From Candidatus Eiseniibacteriota bacterium (GTDB lineage Bacteria > Eisenbacteria > RBG-16-71-46 > CAZAMP01): 64,000 nt of DNA. Under the pieces are notes generated by a model. It saw only the letters and a list, made by a program, of their open reading frames with translations, searched no databases and was not told the DNA's origin. A program made the translations under genes and the position numbers. The stretch is taken from contig OZ245046.1 in assembly GCA_965224245.1 (NCBI GenBank), positions 4,448,001-4,512,000 on the forward strand, in the 5' to 3' direction. Of the stretch, positions 18,103 to 29,400 are shown piece after piece. Each line of letters begins with the position of its first letter. Position 1 is the stretch's first letter.

Positions 18103-20334
18103 GTGCACACGCCTCGCCGCCGACCGACGAGACGCTCGACCCCACCCACCCGCCCGGTCGCCCGCTGGAGGGCGCGAACCGCCGTACGCGAGGGTGTGCC
18201 TCGAGCGGCGATCGCGCTCTGGCTGACCGCCGGAGCGGCGACGGCGTCCGACCCGGACTCGGCGATCGGTGTGGACGAGCTGCGCGCTCACGTGACGTAC
18301 CTGGCCTCCGACGAGCTGCTCGGCCGCGGCACGGGACAGATCGGCTGCCAGCTGGCCGAGGCGTACATCGCGGGCCACTTTCGCGGGTGCGGTCTCGAGC
18401 CTCTGCCCGGACACGACGACTTATTCCTGGACTACCCACTCTTCCGCACCGGATTCGACCCGGCGCGCTCGATGCTGGCCATCGTCACCGACGACACCAC
18501 GGTCACCGCCGAGGCCGGGCGGGGCTTCCGGCCGTTCGACTTCAGCGACGAGGCCACCGTCGAGGCCGAGGTGATCTTCGCCGGATACGGCATCTCGGCC
18601 CCCGAGCTCGGCTGGGACGACTACGCGGATCTCGTCGTGGACGGGAAGATCGTGCTCGTCCTCCGCCACGAGCCCGGCGAGAACGACCCCGACAGCCCGT
18701 TCGACGGAACCGGCGGCACCAGCTACGCCACGTTCGTGAACAAGCGCCGCACGGCGGCCCGGGCCGGTGCGATCGGCATGTTGCTGGTGACCGATCCCCT
18801 TCACCACGATCCCGAGCCGGCGCTTCCGCTGACGGGAGGGCTGTCGCGCACGCCGCCGTCGACCGGCCGCGACACCACCGGCGACGAGCGGACGGGCGAA
18901 GGGACCCCCGGCGACCGGGGGCCGCGCGATCGCGCGGGCGACGACGACCGACCGTTCGTGGCACTCCAGATCACCGAGGCGGTCGCGTCGGCGCTCTTGG
19001 ACCGCTCCGGTGACGAGCTCGACGAGCTGCAGCGACAGCTCGACGACGGACACCTCCACGCACGCGACGTGCGCCTGGACGGCGCGCGAGCGCGCGCCTC
19101 GGTGACCCGCCGGGAAGAGGCCGAGCCCGTGCCGGCCCGGAACGTCGCCGCCTATCTCCGAGGCTCCGACCCGGCACTGCGCGACGAGCTGGTCGTCGTG
19201 GGCGCGCATCACGATCACCTGGGCTTCGAGCCCGGCGTGGGTGACACGGTGTACAACGGCGCCGACGACAACGCGTCCGGCACGGCGGCGGTTCTCGCGC
19301 TGGCCCGCGCGTTCGCGTCCGGGCCGCCCCCTCGGCGAAGCATGGCGTTCGCGACGTGGTCGGGCGAGGAGCGGGGTCTGCTCGGATCCCGCTCGATGGT
19401 GGACGAGCGCCAGCTCCTGCTCGACGACGTGGTCTTCCTCCTGAACCTCGACATGATCGGGCGCAACCCCGACGAGCCTCTCGACGTCATGGGCGACGGC
19501 TTCTCGCCGGGTCTGGAGGACGTGATGGAGACCGCCAACGACGGCGTCGGCGTGAGCTACGCGCTGGGCGGTACGTCCTACTCGGGCAACTCCGATCACG
19601 CACCCTTCTTCGAGGGCGGCGTCCCCTTCCTGCACTTCTTCTCGGGATTCCACGATCAGTACCATCAGCGTGACGATCACGTGGAGCTGGTGGCGTTCGA
19701 GCACATGACCGACGTGGTGAGGCTCTCGCGAAACGTGCTGTCGGCGGTGGCCGATCTCGACGTCATCCCGGCGTTCGTCGCGCCAATCCATTGGCTCGGT
19801 GCCCACGTGGAGCTCCGCGACCCCCGCGGGGAATCACGCGCCGTGATCCGGTCGGTGGACCCGGACTCGAAGGCGGAGGCACTGGGGCTCGCGGCGGGTG
19901 ACGTGGTGATCGGACTCGACGATCGCCGGCTCACGCGCGCGCGTGATCTCACGACCTGGCTGGACGAGGTCGAGCCCGGTGCCGGCGTCGACATCGAGCT
20001 CCGGCGCGGGGACGCGACGTGGCGCGTCACCGTCGAGCGGGCCGAGCCGGGGTTCATCGGCGTCCGGCCGCAGCCGCTCGACGACACCCGGCGGGCGGAG
20101 CTCGGCCTTCGCGACGATCAGGGACTCGTGCTCTCCCGGATCGTTCCCGACGGGCCCGCCGACGAGGCCGGGCTGGCCAGCGGAGACGTCCTCGTCGGTC
20201 TGGCCGGGCGGCCGGTCTCGGATGGAACGCTCCGTGCCGTCCTCGCCCAGATCGGCGCCGGCGAGACGGTCGTCGCCGAGATCATCCGTGGCACCGAGCG
20301 GATCGAGGTCACGGTGACGCTAGGCCGCCGCTAG
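18103..20334 (+). CDS. M28 aminopeptidase with PA domain and two C-terminal PDZ domains
   Basis: YLASDELLGRGTG, FAGYGI (PA), GAHHDHLG, NGADDNASG, SGEERGLLGS, LNLDMIGR, SDHAPF, YHQRDD; two PDZ repeats (SKAEALGLAAGDV, GPADEAGLASGDV). Confidence 0.9.
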   Translation: MHTPRRRPTRRSTPPTRPVARWRARTAVREGVPRAAIALWLTAGAATASDPDSAIGVDELRAHVTYLASDELLGRGTGQIGCQLAEAYIAGHFRGCGLEPLPGHDDLFLDYPLFRTGFDPARSMLAIVTDDTTVTAEAGRGFRPFDFSDEATVEAEVIFAGYGISAPELGWDDYADLVVDGKIVLVLRHEPGENDPDSPFDGTGGTSYATFVNKRRTAARAGAIGMLLVTDPLHHDPEPALPLTGGLSRTPPSTGRDTTGDERTGEGTPGDRGPRDRAGDDDRPFVALQITEAVASALLDRSGDELDELQRQLDDGHLHARDVRLDGARARASVTRREEAEPVPARNVAAYLRGSDPALRDELVVVGAHHDHLGFEPGVGDTVYNGADDNASGTAAVLALARAFASGPPPRRSMAFATWSGEERGLLGSRSMVDERQLLLDDVVFLLNLDMIGRNPDEPLDVMGDGFSPGLEDVMETANDGVGVSYALGGTSYSGNSDHAPFFEGGVPFLHFFSGFHDQYHQRDDHVELVAFEHMTDVVRLSRNVLSAVADLDVIPAFVAPIHWLGAHVELRDPRGESRAVIRSVDPDSKAEALGLAAGDVVIGLDDRRLTRARDLTTWLDEVEPGAGVDIELRRGDATWRVTVERAEPGFIGVRPQPLDDTRRAELGLRDDQGLVLSRIVPDGPADEAGLASGDVLVGLAGRPVSDGTLRAVLAQIGAGETVVAEIIRGTERIEVTVTLGRR

Positions 20335-20646
20335 CGAACGACCGCGCGCCACCCGGATCGCACGCGACCCCCGGCCGGCCCAGGATCCGTCCGCTCGCCG
20401 CCGGCCGGGCGCCCCCGCACGTTCCGACCGACGCCGATCCCCACAAAGAAAAATCGTCGCGTCGCGAAGCGGATTCCCCCCTCCGAATACGCGTTCTCCT
20501 TGTGACGGGGCGCCCCAGCCGGCGCCTCCGTCGGGCCGATCCGCGTCGTGCCATGCGCCGGCGAGGCTGGAGCCCGGCGGTGCGCCGGTGCACCCAGACA
20601 CGAATGCGTCACGCTCGAGCGAGCGTGGCCAACACGGGAGAACACC

Positions 20647-20988
20647 ATGAAGCGTTTCTCGCTTCTCCTGGCCGTCGTGTGTCTGCTGGGGTTCACCTCG
20701 ATCGCGACTGCGACCTGTGACGACGTCGATCACGTCAACCTGACCGTCTCCAGCTGGACCGTCGACGAGTTCTACGAGCCGGGCACCTCGACCCTGCTCG
20801 ACGTCGAGCTCACGATCGCACCCCTGGAGAGCTCGACCGAGGTGGAGTACTGGAACGGCTCCGCCTGGATCCCGGTGACCGGTCCGGTAGAGGTCTCCGG
20901 GTCGAAGACCCGTGTCCGCAACGGGGCGGCGTCGATCCACATGGAGTACGGTGACTGCTCGGAGGACGTCCAGCCCGAGTGGATGTGA
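20647..20988 (+). CDS. Small secreted beta-rich protein (113 aa) of unknown function
   Basis: GGGAG RBS; Sec signal MKRFSLLLAVVCLLGFTSIATA; mature part has Cys near both ends; codons strongly G/C-ending. Confidence 0.75.
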   Translation: MKRFSLLLAVVCLLGFTSIATATCDDVDHVNLTVSSWTVDEFYEPGTSTLLDVELTIAPLESSTEVEYWNGSAWIPVTGPVEVSGSKTRVRNGAASIHMEYGDCSEDVQPEWM

Positions 20989-21019
20989 CGCGAAGGCGGT
21001 TCGTGGGCGCGTGGTCTGG

Positions 21020-22552
21020 CTAGGCCGCGCGCTCGCGGTGGAAGTTCAGCTCGTACTTCGCCGCCTTGCGCGTGCCGATCTGTGCGATGACGCCGATCTT
21101 GCGGAGCTCCCGGAGGTGGTACTTCGAGGTCTCCTGCGTCAGCAGGAACTCGGCCTGGTAGTCACCGTTCTTGAAGCGCGTGCCGGCCCAGCCCATCAGG
21201 AAGCCCGCCATCAGGTCGGCTCGCGGCGCCCGCTTGATGCGGATCTTCTCGCGCAGGGTCGCTTCGAGCTCGGCGCGGAGGCTCGGACGCTCGAACGCCT
21301 CGGTGAGCAGGTTGGCCTCGGTCATCGCGCTCTCGAGGGGGAAGCCCGCGGGCTGCGAGACCGTCTTCGTCCGCGGCATCTCGGCCCCCATCATGGCCAC
21401 CCGCGCGGTGACGTCCACGAACTTCCGGAGCGAGTCCGCCCCGAGTGACGCCGGCAGATCGTCGAGAAGCGCGAAGCACCGGGACATCAGGTACGGAACC
21501 GCGTCGATGTGAATGCGCCGCGATGCGATGGCATCGAGCGACTCGCGCAGGCTGAAGAACTGCTCGCTGGGGTTGCCGACCTCTCGCGCGACCTGAGCCG
21601 ACCGTACCAGGAGCGCCAGCGCGAGCTCGGGACGATCGGTGTTGTCGGCGACCTTGGCCAGGTTGCGCAACGTGCCGGCCGCGTACTGCGGCTGGTTGTT
21701 CTCGACGTGGAACCGGAGCCCGTCGAGGAAGCAACCCTGCGCACCGTCGTAGTCGCCGAGCTGACGCCGCGCGACACCCTCGTTGTTGTACGTGACGCCG
21801 AGCCGGCTCAGATCGAGGAGGTCGAAGCGCTGCTTGCGGACCTTCTCGAACAGCGCCAGCGCCGCGGCCGGCTCACCGGTCTCGAGCAGCTGCTGGCCGA
21901 GGTGCCCGTCCGTCATCGTCACGCCGAGCTCGTTGCCATACTCCTCGAACAGCCGTCGTGCCGCGCGATTGTCCGTCTGGAACGCACCGTGGTCGCCCGC
22001 GCGGTGGTGGGCCTCCGCGCGCTGCATGAGCGCATACGGCTCGATTTCGCGGATGTTCATCCCCAGGATCGCACTGCTGAGCCGGAACGCCTCGCCGACC
22101 TCGTTCAGCTGTAGACACGCACTCATGAGGGCCAGAAGCGCGTTGGCCCGCGTCACCGAAGCGACCGGATTGCGAGCGACGGCCTCCTCCAGCGGCTTGC
22201 GCGCGGCCCGCGCGTCACCGCGGCGGAGGTGGTAGTAGAGGCCCTGGTGGAACAGGAACCGGATCCGATCGGCCTCGGAACGCGATCGCGAGTATCCGGT
22301 CTCGAAGCACTCCAGCTGCTCGGCGTCGTGGCCACACAGCCCGAGCGCCCGCCCGAGGGCGGCCAGGAGATCGAGCCGGCGCTGGAGAGAGATGTCCTTG
22401 TCGAGCGCGCGCCGGGCGAATCGCAGGAGCTCGGCGTCACGGAACGAGTGAGGGACGTCGTCCCTCTCGTACTTCAGGGTCGGTGCGAGCTTCAGCAGCT
22501 CGGCTCTGAGCCCGCGAAGGGCTTCGCTTCGGTCGTTGGGTCTGAGAAACAT
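21020..22552 (-). CDS. TPR-repeat protein with C-terminal winged helix-turn-helix (putative regulator)
   Basis: TPR helices such as LGVTYNNEGVARRQLGDYDGAQGCFLDGL and AAGTLRNLAKV. C-terminal FKNGDYQAEFLLTQETSKYHLRELRKIGVIAQIGTRKAAKYEL is wHTH-like. Confidence 0.72.
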   Translation of the reverse strand: MFLRPNDRSEALRGLRAELLKLAPTLKYERDDVPHSFRDAELLRFARRALDKDISLQRRLDLLAALGRALGLCGHDAEQLECFETGYSRSRSEADRIRFLFHQGLYYHLRRGDARAARKPLEEAVARNPVASVTRANALLALMSACLQLNEVGEAFRLSSAILGMNIREIEPYALMQRAEAHHRAGDHGAFQTDNRAARRLFEEYGNELGVTMTDGHLGQQLLETGEPAAALALFEKVRKQRFDLLDLSRLGVTYNNEGVARRQLGDYDGAQGCFLDGLRFHVENNQPQYAAGTLRNLAKVADNTDRPELALALLVRSAQVAREVGNPSEQFFSLRESLDAIASRRIHIDAVPYLMSRCFALLDDLPASLGADSLRKFVDVTARVAMMGAEMPRTKTVSQPAGFPLESAMTEANLLTEAFERPSLRAELEATLREKIRIKRAPRADLMAGFLMGWAGTRFKNGDYQAEFLLTQETSKYHLRELRKIGVIAQIGTRKAAKYELNFHRERAA

Positions 22553-22627
22553 CGTTTTTCAACTCCACACCCGGTCGGGTACTTCGGAACGTCTCCGGTG
22601 AACGCGGGGGGACGACCGTCGCTTGGG

Positions 22628-22636
22628 ACTATACCA
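22628..22636 (-). promoter_or_regulatory. Extended -10 element (TGgTATAGT) for the TPR-wHTH gene
   Basis: Minus strand reads TGGTATAGT, about 75 nt upstream of the ATG; GGAG RBS at 22563-22566. Confidence 0.4.
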
Positions 22637-22728
22637 CACGGATCAGTAGCGTCGCCCGGTTCTTATGTGGCCCAGGGCGCGGGCGCCGGGCCGCGTCGCA
22701 CAGTCGCGTTGCGGTTCCGCCCGGTATC

Positions 22729-25700
22729 TCAGGCCGGGTCCTCGGGGTCGTACCCGAGGTTCGGAGCCAACCAACGCTCTACTTCTTTGACTTCAATTGA
22801 CTTACGCGATGCATAGTCGCTCGTCTGGTCGCGCGCGATCCGCCCGACATTGAAGTACTTGGATGCGGGATGACTGATATAGATCCCACTCACGCTCGCG
22901 GCGGGGGACATCGCGAAGCTTTCGGTCAACGTCACGCCGATTCGTTCGGGTGCCAGCACGCCGAAGAGCCGCGTCTTCTCGGAGTGGTCCGGACAGGCCG
23001 GGTACCCAAACGCGGGCCGAATACCCGAAAACGACTCGGAAAGGAGTTGCTCCCGGGCCAGTGACTCGTCGGGTGCGTACCAGATCCGGCGGACTCGCTC
23101 GTGCAAGAGCTCTGCGAGGCCTTCGGCCAAACGATCTGCCAGTGCTTTTACCATGATGGCCGAGTAGTCGTCGCCCGAAGCCGCAAATCTGTCGGCGATC
23201 GTGGCTGTATGGAGGCCTGCGGTCACGACGAATGCCCCGATATGGTCACGAAACGGTTTCGCCGGGGCAACGAAGTCGGCGAGGCAGTAGTTGGGCTTGC
23301 CGTCCCGACGACGCCACTGCTGCCGCAGCATCGGGAACCGGGCCAGCTCGTCGGTGCGAGACGGGTCGCGGAAGAGAACGATGTCGTCGCCGTCCGAGCC
23401 CGCGGGCCAGAAGCCGTGGATGGCGCTGGCCCGGAGCTCGGTGCCCGCGATCAGCCGATCGAGCATCTCGTTCGCGTTCGCGTGGAGCTCCCTCGCGGCG
23501 GCGCCCACGCGGGGGTCGTGCAGGACGTTGGGGTACCGCCCCCGGATGTCCCAGGCGCTGAAGAAGAACGTCCAGTCGATGTACGGTCGGATCTCGGACA
23601 GGGGGACGTCGTCCAGAACCTCCGTGCCGAGGAACGGCGGCGTCGCGAACGTATGGGAGTCCCAGTCGATCGGCGCGCGGTTCGACCGGGCCTCGGCGAT
23701 CGGAACCAGGGGCCGATCCTGCTTGTCCGCGTGCATCGCGCGCAGGTGCTCTTGCTTCCGCCGGTTCTCGGCGTCGAACGGGGCACCGTCGTCGCCGTGA
23801 AGCGCGGCCACGGTGCCCACCGCCCGGGAGGCGTCCACGACGTGGACCGTGCTTCCCGAGTAAGCCGGCGCGATCTTCACCGCGGTGTGCTGTCGGCTCG
23901 TGGTCGCGCCCCCGATCAGTAGCGGCACGCGAAGCTCCCGGCGCTCCATCTCGCGGGCCACGGTGACCATCTCCTCCAGGGACGGCGTGATCAGACCGCT
24001 CAGCCCGATCATGTGGGCGCCCTCGGCCTCGGCGGTATCGAGGATCCGGTCCGCGGGGACCATGACGCCCAGATCGATCACCTCGTAGTTGTTGCAGCGC
24101 AGCACCACCGAGACGATGTTCTTGCCGATGTCGTGAACGTCGCCCTTGACGGTGGCCATGACGATCGTGGCCTTGGCCCGGGCGGCCTCGGACCGCTCGG
24201 CCTCCATGAAGGGCTTCAGATACGCCACCGCCTGCTTCATCGCACGCGCGCTCTTGACCACCTGTGGCAGGAACATCTTGCCCGCGCCGAAGAGATCGCC
24301 CACCACCGACATGCCGGCCATCAGCGGCCCTTCGATCACGGCCAGCGCCGTCGACAGCTCGCGGCGCGCCTCCTCGGTGTCGGCCTCGATGTAGTCCACG
24401 ACCCCGTGCACGAGCGCGTACTCGAGGCGCTTGGCCACGTCGGCGTCGCGCCAGGCCAGGTCCACGGTGCGGCGAGAGCCCGATCCGCGCACGCGTCCGG
24501 CGAACGCCACCAGCCGCTCGGTGGCCTCGGGGTCGCGGGCGAAGAGCACGTCCTCGACGTGTTCGAGGAGATCGGCCGGGATGTCCTCGTACACGACGAG
24601 CTGGCCGGCGTTCACGATCCCCATGTCCATGCCGGCCCGGATCGCGTGATACAGAAAGGCGCTGTGCATGGCCTCGCGGACGACGTCGTTGCCACGAAAC
24701 GCGAACGACAGGTTGCTGACCCCACCCGAGACGAGCGCCCCCGGGCACTCGGCCTTGATGGTCCGGGTGGCCTCGATGAAATTCCTCGCGAACGCGTCGT
24801 GCCCCTCGATCCCGGTGGCCACGGCCAGCACGTTGGGATCGAAGATCACGTCGGAGGGCGGGATCCCCAGCTCGTGCACGAGGAGACCGTACGCGCGCCT
24901 GCAGATCGCGACCTTCCGCTCGATGGTCTCGGCCTGGCCGGTCTCGTCGAACGCCATCACGACCATGGCCGCGCCGAACTCGCGGACCCGTCGCGCCTTC
25001 TCGAGAAATGCCTCCTCGCCGTCCTTCAGGCTCAGCGAGTTCACGATGCTCTTGCCTTGCGTGCACCTCAGCCCGGCCTCGATGACCGACCAATCCGAGC
25101 TGTCGATCATGATCGGGAGCCGGGCGGCCTCGGGCTCGGTGGCCAGGATCTGGAGAAACGTCGTCATCTCGCTCGCCGAGTCGAGCATGCCCTCGTCCAG
25201 GTTCACGTCGAGGATGTTCGCTCCCCCGCGGACCTGGGACAGCGCGACACCGATCGCGGCCGCGTGGTCGCCGCTCCGGATCGTCCTGGCGAACCGGCGG
25301 GATCCGGTCACGTTCGTGCGCTCGCCGACCATGATGAAGTTCGAGTCCGGGCGGACGGTCAGGGCCTCGAGACCGGCGAACACGCTGTAGGTCGGATGCG
25401 CCGACGGGTCGGGCAGCGGTCTCGGTGACAGGCCGTCGACGGCGCGCGCGATCGCCGCGACGTGGTGCTCGGTCGTGCCGCAGCAGCCTCCCACGACGTT
25501 CACGAGCCCCTCGCGCGCGAACTCGCCGAGGATGCCGCTGGTGACCTCGGGCGACTCGTCGTAGCCGCCGAAGGCGTTCGGCAGGCCCGCGTTCGGGTAG
25601 CAGCTCGTGAACGTGGGCACGAGCCGGGCGAGCTCGGCAACGTAGGGACGCATGTCGCCCGCGCCGAGCGAGCAGTTGATGCCGACCACGAACGGGTCGG

Positions 25701-26415
25701 CGTGTGCGATCGACACCAGGAACGCGTCGATCGTCTGACCGGTGAGGAGGCGACCGCTCCGGTCGGTGATGGTCAGCGAGATGATCAGTGGCAGCTCGCG
25801 CCCGTGCTCGCGGAACGTGCGCCTGACGCCGACGATCGCGGCCTTGGCCATGAGCGGGTCGATGATCGTCTCGATCGCCAGGAGCTCGGCGCCGCCCTCG
25901 ACGAGCCCGTGGGCCTGCTCGTGGTACGCGGCCTCGACCTCGTCGAAGGTGACGGCGCGGTACGCCGGATCGTTCACGTCCGGGGACATGGACAGCGACT
26001 TGTTGGTCGGCCCCATCGAGCCCACGACGAACCGGGGCCTGTCCGGCGTGCGCTCGGTCGCGGCGTCGCACGCCTCGCGGGCCAGCCGGGCGGCCGCCAC
26101 GTTGATCTCGTGAACGACGCCTTCGAGGCCGTAGTCGGCCTGCGCGATGGCGGTGCCGCTGAACGTGTTCGTCTCGATCAGGTCCGCGCCGGCGTCGAGG
26201 TAGGCTGCGTGCATGGCGCGGACGGCATCGGGGTGCGTGAGGCAGAGCAGATCGTTGTTGCCCTTCAGGTCGACCGGGTGATCGGCGAAGCGCTCGCCTC
26301 GGAACGCGGCCTCGTCGAGGCCCAGGGCCTGCACGAACGTCCCCGTGGCCCCGTCCATCACGAGGATGCGTTCGCCCAGGAGGCGAGTCAGGGTCTGTCG
26401 GGTCGTCTCGGGCAT
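22729..26415 (-). CDS. metH: Cobalamin-dependent methionine synthase
   Basis: [17 protein letters not shown] (Zn), [24 protein letters not shown] (DxHxxG), [14 protein letters not shown]; 1228 aa. Confidence 0.97.
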   Translation of the reverse strand: MPETTRQTLTRLLGERILVMDGATGTFVQALGLDEAAFRGERFADHPVDLKGNNDLLCLTHPDAVRAMHAAYLDAGADLIETNTFSGTAIAQADYGLEGVVHEINVAAARLAREACDAATERTPDRPRFVVGSMGPTNKSLSMSPDVNDPAYRAVTFDEVEAAYHEQAHGLVEGGAELLAIETIIDPLMAKAAIVGVRRTFREHGRELPLIISLTITDRSGRLLTGQTIDAFLVSIAHADPFVVGINCSLGAGDMRPYVAELARLVPTFTSCYPNAGLPNAFGGYDESPEVTSGILGEFAREGLVNVVGGCCGTTEHHVAAIARAVDGLSPRPLPDPSAHPTYSVFAGLEALTVRPDSNFIMVGERTNVTGSRRFARTIRSGDHAAAIGVALSQVRGGANILDVNLDEGMLDSASEMTTFLQILATEPEAARLPIMIDSSDWSVIEAGLRCTQGKSIVNSLSLKDGEEAFLEKARRVREFGAAMVVMAFDETGQAETIERKVAICRRAYGLLVHELGIPPSDVIFDPNVLAVATGIEGHDAFARNFIEATRTIKAECPGALVSGGVSNLSFAFRGNDVVREAMHSAFLYHAIRAGMDMGIVNAGQLVVYEDIPADLLEHVEDVLFARDPEATERLVAFAGRVRGSGSRRTVDLAWRDADVAKRLEYALVHGVVDYIEADTEEARRELSTALAVIEGPLMAGMSVVGDLFGAGKMFLPQVVKSARAMKQAVAYLKPFMEAERSEAARAKATIVMATVKGDVHDIGKNIVSVVLRCNNYEVIDLGVMVPADRILDTAEAEGAHMIGLSGLITPSLEEMVTVAREMERRELRVPLLIGGATTSRQHTAVKIAPAYSGSTVHVVDASRAVGTVAALHGDDGAPFDAENRRKQEHLRAMHADKQDRPLVPIAEARSNRAPIDWDSHTFATPPFLGTEVLDDVPLSEIRPYIDWTFFFSAWDIRGRYPNVLHDPRVGAAARELHANANEMLDRLIAGTELRASAIHGFWPAGSDGDDIVLFRDPSRTDELARFPMLRQQWRRRDGKPNYCLADFVAPAKPFRDHIGAFVVTAGLHTATIADRFAASGDDYSAIMVKALADRLAEGLAELLHERVRRIWYAPDESLAREQLLSESFSGIRPAFGYPACPDHSEKTRLFGVLAPERIGVTLTESFAMSPAASVSGIYISHPASKYFNVGRIARDQTSDYASRKSIEVKEVERWLAPNLGYDPEDPA

Positions 26416-26491
26416 GGGACGCCTCGGGGATCGGGGACCGGCGCGCGCGACCGCGCCCGCTCGTGCGATCGGCGATTATGCGGGACGCGGC

Positions 26492-29400
26492 TCAGCGGAT
26501 CAAAACCACTCGCCGGAGGCGATGGATGTCCCCCGCGTCCAGCCTGGCGAAGTACGTCCCCGACGCCGCCGGCGTTCCCCCGTCGTCGCAGCCGTCCCAG
26601 GTGACGATGTGCTCGCCCGCGTCGAGGCGGCCCTCCAGGAGCGCCCGCACGAGGCGCCCCGTGGGGTCGAAGATGCCGAGGCGTACCTCGCCCCCGCGCT
26701 CCAGATGCACCGTCATCGATGCCGTGGGATTGAACGGATTCGGACGCGAGGGCGACAGCCACACGGCGCCCCGGGCGGCCGGAGTCCGCGTACGCGTCTC
26801 GGCCAGGAACACGTCGCGGCCGTCGGTCCGGCGCTCGGACAGCCGGTACACGTACTCGTGATCCGGCGCCACCGCATCGTCGACGACCCGATAGGCCGAT
26901 CGGCCCGGCTCGACCAGTCCGCCCGTGACGTCGACCGCGTCACCGGCGTCGGCACCGCCGGCACCGCCGGCCGCCTCCGCACGCGTGAGCCGGAACCCCA
27001 GGACGTCACGCTCGCGCGACGTGCGCCACTCCACGACGACCGATCCGCCCTGGGGGGTGGCCGTGAAGGACTCCAGCAGCACCGGAACGCCCTCGCCCGG
27101 ACCGCCGCACTCGGTGCTGTCGCTGACGGTCCCGCACGCCTCGTAGTAGAGCCACGCGTAGAACTGGATGCCGTAGGGCGGACGCGAGTACTCGCTGACG
27201 TCGAGGGTCGTGTCGGTGCCGGCGACGACGTGCCGGGTGGCGTCGTAGTAGTAGTGGCACTCCTGGGGATCCAGGACGAGCACGTAGCGCTCGGCACCCG
27301 GGGCCGGATCCCACTCGAAGTACCAGAGCCCTTCCTCGTCCAGGGCGTGATCGCGCAGCTCGGGCGCCCCCAGAGACGGTGCCGTCGTGAACGTCCGGCA
27401 CGCCGACGGGTCACCGAAGGTCCCGCACGCGTTCCGTGGTGCCACCCACCAGTGAACGGTCTGGCCGGTCAGCGTTCGCGTGTACGTCGTGTCCGCCGTC
27501 ACCTCGTCGACGAGATCGATCACGCCGCATTCGGTCCCAGCCCGGATCCGGTAGTGCGTGGCACCCTCCACCGACGTCCAGGCGAACGGCACGGCTCCGT
27601 CGATGCACTCGACGCCGTCGGGCGGATACACGAGATCCGGGGCGGGCAGCGCGACGTCGCCCGGCCGGATGCCGGCGTCGTCGTTCGAGGGCGGTGCGCT
27701 GCCGCAGGCGTTCCGGGCCACGACGGCGTAGGTGTACGTGACGTCCGGCTCGGCCGAGTCGTCGACGTAGCGGGTGGTGCCGGCACCGAGCGTCGCGATC
27801 ACGCCGCCGTCCCGGACGAGGTCGAACACGGACTCGTCGTCGCTGGTGTCGGTCCAGGTCACGATCACGGCCGCGCAGTTCGTGTCCGTCGCACTGCAGT
27901 CCGCCGCGGCGCTCGGCGGATCGGATCCGGCGGTGCCCGTCGCCTCCGTCGGCGGTCCCCCTTCGCCGCACGCGTTGGTCGGGACGACCGTGTACGTGTG
28001 CGGTACGTCGGCCGTCGCCCCCGTGTCGGTGTAGGAGCGAACGTCCGGTCCCGTCGTCGCGATCAGCTCGTCGTCGCGGCGGATCCGGAACCCCGTCTCG
28101 TCGGGGCTGTTGTCCTGCCAGGCGAGACGCACGACGCCGCACAGACCGTCGGTGGCGGTGAGCTCGGTGGCCGCGCCCGGTGGCGTGCTCACGCGCATCC
28201 CCGGGTTCGTGTTGGACGCCGACCCGCCGCACACGCCGATGGCCACGACGTCGTACGTGTACTCGACGTCGGGCACGGCGGTGTCGTCGGTGAACGCCTC
28301 CACGTCGGGATCGGTCGTGGCGAGCGTCACGCCGTCCCGGCGCACCGCGAAGCCGATCTCGTCGAGGCTGCGGTCGGCCCACGTCACGTGGACCGCCAGG
28401 CACCGGTCGTCGGTGGCCCGGCACTGTGTGGGCGCGAACGGAACCCGCGCGCGCGTGCCCGACACCTCCGCGGACGGCTCGCTGTCCCCGCAGTCGTCGA
28501 CCGCGACCACGTGATAGGTCGCGCTGGACCCGTGCGTGATCGCCGAGTCGAGGAACTCGCGGGTCTCGGCGCCGACCGAGCTCGCGAGCACCCCGTTGCG
28601 ATACACGTCGAACCCGGTGGCGCCGGACGCCGGGTCATGGGTCCACGACACGAGGATCCCCTCGCACAGGTCCTCGGACGCGTCGACGCCCGCCGGCGCC
28701 GGCAGCGACGCGCGATCTCCGACGTCCGGGTCCGACGCCGGCGCCGATCCGCAGCTGTTCGTCGCGATGATCGCGTACGTGTACGACACGCCCCGTACCG
28801 CGCCCGCGTCGACGTAGCTCCGGGCCCCGGCGGGCGCTCCGCCCACGGTCACGCCGTCCCGGTCGATCTCGAAGTCGGTCAGATCGCCGCCCGGATGCTC
28901 CCAGGTGATCTCGATCTCGCAATCGCCGTCCGAGGCCACACAGCTCGTGGCGGCGTCGGGGAGTCCGCCCGCCTGCTCCCCACAGAGGGGCGATCCACCG
29001 GTGGCGAGATCCAGCATGCCGAGCCCGGCCGAGCAGATCGGCACCGGCGAGTCGCCGCCGCACTCGACCCACAGGGCGGCGCCGACGCGAGGGTCGGGCT
29101 CGATGCCGAACGTGCCGGAGGATCCGTCGTCGATGGCGAAGTAGCCGACGCGCGCGTTCGTGCCCGGCGGCTCGTAGCACCCGCTGGCCCAGGTGACCGC
29201 GTTGCCGCTGCCGGACGCGGGCCAGCCCTCGCCCGGGATCTGGTTTCCTCCGGTGCACAGCGTCCACGAGCCGACGGGCATCGAGTGCGTGGTCGCGAAC
29301 TGGACTCCGCCGATGCCGGACGGGAACGAGGCCTCGTCGCTGACCACGACCCAGACGAAGGCCGCACCGCCGAGTGGAGAGCTCGAGAGGCCGTCACAGT

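Noticed and set aside
26416-26491. Cobalamin/SAM riboswitch upstream of metH
   Set aside because: The intergenic gap is only ~75 bp and has no B12-box or S-box motif.
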